The notes beneath the pieces were generated by a model. That model worked only from the letters and a program-made list of their open reading frames with translations, was not told the origin of the DNA and did no database searches. Positions 8,807 through 15,886 of a stretch of 64,000 bases of DNA are shown here, in pieces. The DNA is from Candidatus Omnitrophota bacterium (lineage in GTDB: Bacteria > Omnitrophota > Gorgyraeia > Velamenicoccales > JABMQK01), in contig JAQTSV010000001.1 of NCBI GenBank assembly GCA_028711115.1, positions 1,111,005-1,175,004 of the forward strand, given 5' to 3'. A program made the position numbers and the translations under genes. Within the stretch, counting starts at the first letter, position 1; the number at the start of each line of letters is the position of its first letter.

Positions 8807-10057
8807 CTACTTAGTTGTTTTTACGTCTGGTGGTGGATTTTTCCCGCCTCCCGGCTCTTTTCCGCCTGCCGAGCTACCTTTTAGTAATTCCCGTGGTTGC
8901 TTCAAATCATCTTGCAATCCCTTCATTAATTGTTCGAATCCTTGCTTTGGATCCATCTCTTGTTTACCTGATAGTATGTTATTTATTGTCTGTAAATCAC
9001 CTTGCAGAGTCTGTTGCATTGTTTTTATTTCATCTAAGGTCGTTCCGCTTTCTATTAACCCATCTAAAGTCACTACACCGCCTGCTGAACCACCTAATAC
9101 CATGTCTAGCGACTTTAGAAAATTTTGTATTTCCTGTGCCAAGTCCTGCAAAGCAACTACTTGGCCATCTGATACAGCCTTGTTATGCACAAGGATCCCC
9201 TCTGCAAAATAATTAGACGGTTTACCAACGCTCATGTTATAAACAAGGACTTTCTTCGGGATACTGACTTTGCTGGTTAAAGTTATCCAGCCGTCTAATG
9301 TAAAGAGTTTATCGCCGATATTCAAATCCTTGACTTTTATCCAGCCTCTTTGCGTATAGAAGGGGTGTTCTTGGGTGACATTGAGGGTTTTATTCAACGT
9401 ATAATATCCTTCGGCATCTTTGGAAAAGATCTTCTTAACGCTTACTTCTATTTTTTTCTTATTCTTTAGATCGTAACCCCATACCGTGTCTTTTGCTTTT
9501 AGTTTCGAGATAAGAATCTTTCCTTTTGGGGTATCAATCTTGGTGTTGCCTGTGAAACAGATAACGACACCACCAGTACCACCGCTGCCGCCGCTACCGC
9601 CACTTCCACCGCTACCACCTGAACCTAAGCTAGCCACCATAATCATACCTCCGGAAACTCCGGGTGGTATATTGCCTGCGCAGACCAACTCTCCGTTCTC
9701 TCTGATTCCAATAGTATATGCACCGCCAGACCTGACTGCCAGGGCGATAACTTCTGTATTGTCACCGTTGTTGGGTACGGGTGTGGTGGATACGGCAAAA
9801 TCAAAGAATCTGCCCTGGATGGGGATATTTGCATCAACCTGGGTTAAACAAGTAGAATAAATATCGTTCTCTAAGGCATAGCGCATCTCTGCTTCACGTA
9901 TAGCAGCTAACTTGTTTTTTGCCTCGGTTGTCCTTGATTTCTCCACCGCATTATTATATTTCGGCAAGGCCACAATAGTCAGAACACTGAGGATGATAAC
10001 AATGACTATCAATTCTATAAAAGTAAAACTTCTTTTGGGATTATTTCTTTTTGCCAT
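8807..10057 (-). CDS. Pilin-like fusion protein: prepilin-type N-terminal domain, a (GSG)n linker, a Hint (intein-like/BIL) domain and an ~120-aa Gln/Leu-rich C-terminal domain.
   Basis: The start is probably the second Met (MAKRNNPKRS|FTFIELIV), which has AAGGAGGA upstream; the track ORF begins 18 nt earlier. Hint blocks: CFTGNTKIDTPKG (A), TQEHPFYT (B), VLVYNMSV...SNYFAEGILVHN (F/G). Residue +1 after HN is Lys. Confidence 0.75.
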   Translation of the reverse strand: MAKRNNPKRSFTFIELIVIVIILSVLTIVALPKYNNAVEKSRTTEAKNKLAAIREAEMRYALENDIYSTCLTQVDANIPIQGRFFDFAVSTTPVPNNGDNTEVIALAVRSGGAYTIGIRENGELVCAGNIPPGVSGGMIMVASLGSGGSGGSGGSGGSGGTGGVVICFTGNTKIDTPKGKILISKLKAKDTVWGYDLKNKKKIEVSVKKIFSKDAEGYYTLNKTLNVTQEHPFYTQRGWIKVKDLNIGDKLFTLDGWITLTSKVSIPKKVLVYNMSVGKPSNYFAEGILVHNKAVSDGQVVALQDLAQEIQNFLKSLDMVLGGSAGGVVTLDGLIESGTTLDEIKTMQQTLQGDLQTINNILSGKQEMDPKQGFEQLMKGLQDDLKQPRELLKGSSAGGKEPGGGKNPPPDVKTTK

Positions 10058-10059
10058 AT
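9613..10059. repeat. Copy A of a ~447-bp near-identical direct repeat, covering the 5' part of the pilin-fusion gene including its start codon.
   Basis: Aligns base-for-base with 11161-11607 apart from ~4 substitutions (tagccacc/tggccacc, catacctcc/catgcctcc, cctgactgcc/cctggctgcc, ctggatgggg/ctgggtgggg). Confidence 0.85.
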
Positions 10060-10093
10060 GCCCATCCTCCTTCATTTATTCAAAAAACTAAAA

Positions 10094-10525
10094 TTAGGGA
10101 CAATTCCCAGCACAGGTAGCATTAATAGAGGTATCCGTAATACTCCAAGTACGGCTATAACCACCTTTGTCTCTTGTCCATGTAGCTTGAAAATGAAGGC
10201 TAGGCTGTCCTGAAGTACCTATACCCAAAATAGAATGAGTTGCCCAATTTCCATCATCAACCAAATCTAACCTTAGATTAGAATTTATGTTACTGAGGTA
10301 AGACTCCGTAGCCCCACCATTAGGATAATAGCCTCCCATTTCCGATTTATATACCCTTTCAGCTGCAAGGACAAAATTGAGTATAGCTATGGCCTGTTTA
10401 TCCATTGTCCTCTCTCGGGAACGCGTATATGTAGGCAAGGCAAGACCTGCTAATATTCCGACGACAACCACTACCACCACTAACTCAATAAGCGTTATTG
10501 CGTGCCTTCCATCTTTATAAAACAT
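10094..10525 (-). CDS. Pilin-like protein (143 aa); the small partner of cassette B.
   Basis: GRHA|ITLIELVVVVVVVGILAG prepilin-like N-terminus. C-terminal CAGNCP. Paralog of 8359-8793. Confidence 0.7.
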   Translation of the reverse strand: MFYKDGRHAITLIELVVVVVVVGILAGLALPTYTRSRERTMDKQAIAILNFVLAAERVYKSEMGGYYPNGGATESYLSNINSNLRLDLVDDGNWATHSILGIGTSGQPSLHFQATWTRDKGGYSRTWSITDTSINATCAGNCP

Positions 10526-10542
10526 ATTGCATTTTCGTGAAA

Positions 10543-11604
10543 TTACTTTTGTTCCTTTGGCGACTCGGGTGCTCCAGAGTCTTCAGGTTTTTCAGGATTC
10601 GAGTATCCCATTTTCTCTAAAAAATCTTCCCATTGCTTTTCTATCTCTTGATACTTTTTGTATAAATCATCTAAACAGCCCTGGTCCGAACAACCAAACA
10701 AAGTCTCTTTTATTTTTTCTAATTGATCTTGCAGTGTTTTTGCAATGCCTTCCGGATCTTCCCCCTTATAAAATTCCAGTTCGACATACATTTCATCTAA
10801 ATATTTTTGAAGTTCTTCGGGTTTGGTTGGTGGTTTCTCAGGCTGTTCAGTTTTTTCTTTGATCTTATCTAGTTGTTCTTGCAATTTTTCCACATCTTTT
10901 CCTTCATATTTTGACAACTCCATTTCGAATTGGTCTATTTTTGCTTGTACTTCTGATAAGCAAACCAAATCTCCTTTGCACTCATCAATCATTTTGCTTA
11001 TTTCATCTAATTGGCTCATCATCTTAACAAAAACATCATCCCATCCCATACTACCGCCGGTGCCACCGCTTCCACCACTGCCGCCACTGCCGCCGCTACC
11101 GCCACTGCCACCGCTGCCGCCGCTACCGCCGCTACCACCGCTACCACCACTGCCACCACTACCACCTGAACCTAAGCTGGCCACCATAATCATGCCTCCG
11201 GAAACTCCGGGTGGTATATTGCCTGCGCAGACCAACTCTCCGTTCTCTCTGATTCCAATAGTATATGCACCGCCAGACCTGGCTGCCAGGGCGATAACTT
11301 CTGTATTGTCACCGTTGTTGGGTACGGGTGTGGTGGATACGGCAAAATCAAAGAATCTGCCCTGGGTGGGGATATTTGCATCAACCTGGGTTAAACAAGT
11401 AGAATAAATATCGTTCTCTAAGGCATAGCGCATCTCTGCTTCACGTATAGCAGCTAACTTGTTTTTTGCCTCGGTTGTCCTTGATTTCTCCACCGCATTA
11501 TTATATTTCGGCAAGGCCACAATAGTCAGAACACTGAGGATGATAACAATGACTATCAATTCTATAAAAGTAAAACTTCTTTTGGGATTATTTCTTTTTG
11601 CCAT
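10543..11604 (-). CDS. Pilin-like fusion protein: the same N-terminal pilin domain as 8807-10057, a longer (GSG)n linker and an acidic coiled-coil-like C-terminal domain; no Hint domain.
   Basis: The first ~143 aa are almost identical to the cassette A fusion and are encoded by a near-identical ~447-bp DNA repeat. GGAGGAGGG lies upstream of the ATG. Confidence 0.7.
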   Translation of the reverse strand: MAKRNNPKRSFTFIELIVIVIILSVLTIVALPKYNNAVEKSRTTEAKNKLAAIREAEMRYALENDIYSTCLTQVDANIPTQGRFFDFAVSTTPVPNNGDNTEVIALAARSGGAYTIGIRENGELVCAGNIPPGVSGGMIMVASLGSGGSGGSGGSGGSGGSGGSGGSGGSGGSGGSGGSGGTGGSMGWDDVFVKMMSQLDEISKMIDECKGDLVCLSEVQAKIDQFEMELSKYEGKDVEKLQEQLDKIKEKTEQPEKPPTKPEELQKYLDEMYVELEFYKGEDPEGIAKTLQDQLEKIKETLFGCSDQGCLDDLYKKYQEIEKQWEDFLEKMGYSNPEKPEDSGAPESPKEQK

Positions 11605-11607
11605 ATA
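11161..11607. repeat. Copy B of the ~447-bp near-identical direct repeat.
   Basis: See copy A. Confidence 0.85.
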
Positions 11608-11696
11608 TCTGCCCTCCTCCGCTTATGTTTGTTGAAAATATTAGCAGATTTTTATTCTTTTAATATAATTTTAATATGATTCCGTTTTAACAACAT

Positions 11697-11742
11697 AACT
11701 CTCTCCCACCAGAGAACTTTTCTGATGAGAGAGAGTCTTATT
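11697..11742 (-). terminator. Hairpin (8-bp stem ACTCTCTC/GAGAGAGT) downstream of major pilin copy 1; possible terminator or attenuator.
   Basis: Inverted repeat aactctctc...gagagagtc with a ~23-nt loop, followed on the transcript by U-containing sequence. Confidence 0.3.
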
Positions 11743-11796
11743 ACTTACAAAAACAATACTTAAACAAACAACTCTGATGCAAAACTAACCTTAACT

Positions 11797-12192
11797 TTAC
11801 TCAGGACAACTCGCAGTAGGAGTACAATTTAGAGTCCCATCTTCAGTGATGTACATTGTATAATTGGCATAAGTACCGCCTGCATCCACTGTATTTCTTT
11901 TTACCCAGGCAATGCTGTTGACAGAAGTGCCAACCGACGGCGTAGAGAAATACCTTGCAGTGGAAAACTCTGAGCCTGTATCCAGATTACCTAGCGTACT
12001 TGCATAGGAATTATACTGGGCGTAATACCTGACCTGAGCAGCACGTAAAGTACCCAGTATTGTTTTTCCCTCTGCCATTCTTGCTCTTTCGCTTACTTTT
12101 ATGTACCTAGGAAGAGCTACTGACGCCAATATACCAATTACGATGATAACAATGATTAACTCGAGCAGTGTAAAACCTTTCTTGCGGAACAT
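11797..12192 (-). CDS. Type IV major pilin / GspG-like pseudopilin (copy 1).
   Basis: MFRKKG|FTLLELIIVIIVIGILA, a canonical class III signal. C-terminal disulfide loop CTPTASCPE. Strong sigma70-like promoter and a 3' hairpin. Confidence 0.8.
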   Translation of the reverse strand: MFRKKGFTLLELIIVIIVIGILASVALPRYIKVSERARMAEGKTILGTLRAAQVRYYAQYNSYASTLGNLDTGSEFSTARYFSTPSVGTSVNSIAWVKRNTVDAGGTYANYTMYITEDGTLNCTPTASCPE

Positions 12193-12274
12193 CTTTTCCC
12201 CCTTTCGCTTCTTTATTGACTTTTTATTTTATTTTATTATTTCCTTTTTCCTCTCACTCTAATTTATTTTCCCA

Positions 12275-12283
12275 CCCCCCCCC
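12275..12283. repeat. Homopolymeric C9 (G9 on the coding strand) tract in the leader of major pilin copy 1.
   Basis: cccaCCCCCCCCCtctataaa read directly from the sequence. Confidence 0.9.
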
Positions 12284-12322
12284 TCTATAAACAATATTAT
12301 ATTTATTCTTGCTATTTTTTCT

Positions 12323-12351
12323 ATTATAACTCTTTCTTTCAGCAAAATCAA
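12323..12351 (-). promoter_or_regulatory. Sigma70-like promoter for major pilin copy 1: -35 TTGATT, 17-nt spacer, perfect -10 TATAAT.
   Basis: Minus-strand sequence TTGATTttgctgaaagaaagagtTATAAT, about 120 nt upstream of the pilin ATG. A poly-G tract lies in the intervening leader. Confidence 0.45.
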
Positions 12352-12384
12352 ACAATATAAATTACATATACAGAAACATCTTAA

Positions 12385-12780
12385 TTACTCAGGACAACTC
12401 GCAGTAGGAGTACAATTTAGAGTCCCGGTCTCAGTGATGTACATTGTATAATTGGCATAAGTACCGCCTGCATCCACTGTATTTCTTTTTACCCAGGCAA
12501 TGCTGTTGACAGAAGTGCCGACTCCTGGCGTAGAGAAATACCTTGCAGTGGAAAACTCTGAGCCTGTATCCAGCTTATTTAGGTCAGTTGTATAGGAATT
12601 ATACTGGGCATAATACCTGACCTGAGCAGCACGTAAAGTACCCAGTATTGTTTTTCCCTCTGCCATTCTTGCTCTTTCGCTTACTTTTATGTACCTAGGA
12701 AGAGCTACTGACGCCAATATACCAATTACGATGATAACAATGATTAACTCGAGCAGTGTAAAACCTTTCTTGCGGAACAT
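12385..12780 (-). CDS. Type IV major pilin (copy 2), a near-identical tandem paralog of copy 1.
   Basis: Same sequence apart from a few substitutions (ASTLGNL vs TTDLNKL, SVGTSV vs GVGTSV, EDGTL vs ETGTL). The true start is probably the second Met (MFRKKGF), because AAGGGAGGGGAG directly precedes it. Confidence 0.8.
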   Translation of the reverse strand: MFRKKGFTLLELIIVIIVIGILASVALPRYIKVSERARMAEGKTILGTLRAAQVRYYAQYNSYTTDLNKLDTGSEFSTARYFSTPGVGTSVNSIAWVKRNTVDAGGTYANYTMYITETGTLNCTPTASCPE

Positions 12781-12894
12781 CTCCCCTCCCTTCATTTGTT
12801 CTATTGGTTTTTATTTTATTTTCTTACTTTCTAACTTAGATTCCTACTATAATTATAACATTTTATTTGCATTAAATCCATACTTTACAATAAG

Positions 12895-14148
12895 TTAACG
12901 ACCCGATGCAGTGGCTAAACTGAATATCGGTAAAAATATGGAAATGACCATACTCCCTATTATTACGCCCATAAACAAAATCATTACTGGTTCAAATATA
13001 GAAGTCAGCCTTGCTACAAAAGCACTCAAATAATCCTGGTAGTATTTTGCAATTCTCTTAAACATACCGGAAAGTTCTCCTATCTCCTCGCCAGTCGAAA
13101 TCATCTGTATTACCATGGGAGGGAAAAAACCTGTCTTTTCTAACGGTATGGAGAACGACTTTCCTTCACGTACATTAATTTTGATGTTGCCGATTATCTC
13201 CCGCATTATCTTATTTGGCTGGCTGCGTTCAGAAATATCCAAAGCATAAATAATAGGCACGCCACTTTCGATAAGAATAGACATCGTAGTGGAAAAACTT
13301 TCTATCATCATAAAACGGAAGAAATTACCAATAACCGGAAGGCCTATTTGAATCCTCTCTATATAACTCCGCGTGCTGTCTGTCTTCATTGAATTCCTGA
13401 TTAAAGAAACAATGCCTATAATAATCAGCACTATTAACAAAAATCTTTTTCTTAAGGTATTACTTATGGCAATGAGAATCTTGGTAGGCATAGGTAACTC
13501 CACATTCATAGAAGTAAGAATGCTGGTAAAGGTGGGGACTATTCTTATTACAAAGAACATCACTGCGCCAATCGCCACAACAAAAAGAATGCAGGGATAT
13601 ATTAACGCAGAAACGATCTTTGTTTTAAATGCCTGTCTGTCTTCTAAATAATCGGCCAGATGCCCCAAGACCATAGGTAAGTTACCGCTGGCTTCTCCGG
13701 TTTCTATCAAATAAAGCCAAAGTTCGGAAAATATGCTTTTATGTTTGGCCAAAGAATCACGGAAAGTCCGGCCTGATTCCATATCTTTTGTAATCTCGGT
13801 AACTGCACTATGCAATTTGTGCGACTCGATCTGTCTTCCGATAACATCCAGGGATTTCATTAAACTTACACCTGCGCCTAAAAGCATGGCTAGCTGACGT
13901 GCAAAAATAACCAGATCTCCGGAATTAGCACCTTCATGCTTAAAACTTTTGACCTTCCCTTTACCAAAAGCAAGACCTTTTTTCTTTTGTTCTTCTACAA
14001 CGAAGGATATATCGTATTGAACAATTGAAGTAATAACTAAACCTTTTCTCTGAAGGATAGCTACGGCTTCATCTTGGTTCGCAGCCTCTAAGAGACCGGT
14101 GTCTTTTATTCCTTCTTTTGTACGACCAATATAGGAAAATTTCGGCAT
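12895..14148 (-). CDS. pilC: Type IV pilus/T2SS platform protein, PilC/GspF family.
   Basis: 417 aa, two GspF repeats, three TM helices. Confidence 0.85.
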   Translation of the reverse strand: MPKFSYIGRTKEGIKDTGLLEAANQDEAVAILQRKGLVITSIVQYDISFVVEEQKKKGLAFGKGKVKSFKHEGANSGDLVIFARQLAMLLGAGVSLMKSLDVIGRQIESHKLHSAVTEITKDMESGRTFRDSLAKHKSIFSELWLYLIETGEASGNLPMVLGHLADYLEDRQAFKTKIVSALIYPCILFVVAIGAVMFFVIRIVPTFTSILTSMNVELPMPTKILIAISNTLRKRFLLIVLIIIGIVSLIRNSMKTDSTRSYIERIQIGLPVIGNFFRFMMIESFSTTMSILIESGVPIIYALDISERSQPNKIMREIIGNIKINVREGKSFSIPLEKTGFFPPMVIQMISTGEEIGELSGMFKRIAKYYQDYLSAFVARLTSIFEPVMILFMGVIIGSMVISIFLPIFSLATASGR

Positions 14149-14184
14149 GGCTATTTTTTATTTTAGTACATTTATAACACTATG

Positions 14185-15885
14185 TCAATCTACTAACGTA
14201 GCGCTTAGTGCTTCTTCTAAACTGGTTATGCCCTGTTTTACCGCAGATAATGCGCTTTCAGTTAAAGTCCGCATTCCGTTGTTACGGGCAATTTCTTTTA
14301 TTTTTTGAGAATTTGCCTTCTCTACAATTAAATCTCTTAGTGCATCGTTCAATAACATAACTTCTGCCACACATATCCTGCCTTTGTATCCGACGTGAGC
14401 ACATTTATCGCAGCCCTTGGCCTTATAGATTAAATCCTGGCCTAAATCTAACCTTTGTCTTTCTTCCTGGGAAGGCTCATATGGCTCTTTACAATCGGGG
14501 CATAATTTTCTAACCAATCTCTGGGCTACAATTAAAATTAAAGATGGCATTAAAAGATACGATTCAATACCTATATCAATAAGCCGGGTAATACATGATG
14601 GGGCATCATTTGTATGAAGCGTACTTAATACCAAGTGGCCAGTAAGGGCAGAACGTACACAAATCTGAGCGGTATCTAAATCTCGGACTTCTCCCACCAT
14701 CATTATATCCGGGTCCTGCCTTAAAAATGACCTCAAGGCAGAAGCAAATGTTAAGCCAATCTCTGGTTTAATCTGCACCTGGTTAATCCCTTCCAGACGG
14801 TATTCTACAGGATCCTCAACAGTCACTATGTTTTCTTTGGGAGACTTAAGTTCGTTTAATATCGCATACAAAGTAGTAGTCTTACCGCTGCCCGTAGGAC
14901 CGGTAAAAAAAATTAAGCCATAAGGACTGTGTATGCCTTTTCTTATATCCTCCAATTGCTTCTTGTCAAAACCGAGTACGGCCAAGTCTAATTTTGCCTT
15001 ATCTTTATCTAAAATTCTTAAAACAACTTTTTCGCCATAAATGGTGGGAATAACAGAAACACGAAAATCAATTGCGCGTTCCTCTAATTTTACAGAAAAT
15101 CCCCCGTCCTGAGGCAGGCGTTTTTCTGCTATGTCGAGCTTGGAAAGAATTTTTACGCGAGAGACTATGGGCAGATGCAGATGTTTTGCCGGCGGAGGTA
15201 TTTCATGCAAAACTCCGTCGATGCGGTACCTTAAGCTTATGCGGGCTTTAAAAGGTTCAATGTGTATATCGGAGGCCCGCTCATCTATCGCCTGCTTTAA
15301 AATAAGGTCCACTAATTTTACAACCGGCGCCTCTTCTGCACGGGCTATTAACCTATCAATGCTTAATTCTTCCTCGCTAGAAATCTCTTCCACCAAAGCA
15401 TCGCCGAGATAAGATTCTTTTACGGCCTGCTTTAACAAATCTCTCTTCCCATAGAATTGATCTATGGCCTTCTCGATGTCAGACTTGGTGGCTACAACCA
15501 AATTTACTTCACAGCCAGTCATCTTTCTTATGTTATCAATAAGAATTACATCCAGCGGATCATAGATTGCGCAGGTAATCGAACTCATGTTTCTTGACAG
15601 GGGAATTACTAGATTTTTTAGCGCGAACTCTTTGGGGATAAGTATATCGAGTTGGCTATCTATTTGAGGCTTTAGCAGATCAGAACCTAAAGACACATAG
15701 GGTATTTTCAGCTGTTTTCCTAAGGCCGCAACTATATCTTGTTCTGTAACAAAATTTAATTTAACAAGTATTTCACCTATGCGGCTGCCTTCTTTTTGCT
15801 GTGTCTTTATGGCCTTATCTAACTGCTCCTGTGTGATGACTCCTTCTTTAAGAAGAATCTCGCCCAGCCTAAGATATGTTGCCAT
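14185..15885 (-). CDS. pilB: Type IV pilus assembly ATPase, PilB/GspE family.
   Basis: N-terminal GSPII_E_N-like repeats, Walker A GPTGSGKTTT, tetracysteine motif CPDC...CDKC. Confidence 0.9.
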   Translation of the reverse strand: MATYLRLGEILLKEGVITQEQLDKAIKTQQKEGSRIGEILVKLNFVTEQDIVAALGKQLKIPYVSLGSDLLKPQIDSQLDILIPKEFALKNLVIPLSRNMSSITCAIYDPLDVILIDNIRKMTGCEVNLVVATKSDIEKAIDQFYGKRDLLKQAVKESYLGDALVEEISSEEELSIDRLIARAEEAPVVKLVDLILKQAIDERASDIHIEPFKARISLRYRIDGVLHEIPPPAKHLHLPIVSRVKILSKLDIAEKRLPQDGGFSVKLEERAIDFRVSVIPTIYGEKVVLRILDKDKAKLDLAVLGFDKKQLEDIRKGIHSPYGLIFFTGPTGSGKTTTLYAILNELKSPKENIVTVEDPVEYRLEGINQVQIKPEIGLTFASALRSFLRQDPDIMMVGEVRDLDTAQICVRSALTGHLVLSTLHTNDAPSCITRLIDIGIESYLLMPSLILIVAQRLVRKLCPDCKEPYEPSQEERQRLDLGQDLIYKAKGCDKCAHVGYKGRICVAEVMLLNDALRDLIVEKANSQKIKEIARNNGMRTLTESALSAVKQGITSLEEALSATLVD

Positions 15886-15886
15886 T

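Noticed and set aside
9182-9559. Hint segment as a true self-splicing intein.
   Set aside because: The residue following the terminal His-Asn is Lys rather than Cys/Ser/Thr. There is no homing-endonuclease insert, and the flanks are a Gly-Ser linker rather than a conserved host-protein site. I therefore call it a Hint/BIL-type autoprocessing domain, not a splicing intein.
8807-10075. Track start MKEDGHM... for the Hint-pilin gene, and MKGGEM... at 12795 for pilin copy 2.
   Set aside because: In both cases the extra N-terminal codons are themselves the Shine-Dalgarno sequence (AAGGAGGA, AAGGGAGGGGAG) for the second Met, and the paralog starts at that second Met. The upstream ATG is probably not used.
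10823-11407. 194-aa plus-strand ORF with a long PLPPLPPLPP proline-rich repeat (a similar one lies at 9486-9860).
   Set aside because: It is the antisense reading of the (GSG)n linker and pilin domain of the minus-strand fusion genes. It has no independent start context, and the minus-strand products have clear pilin signatures.
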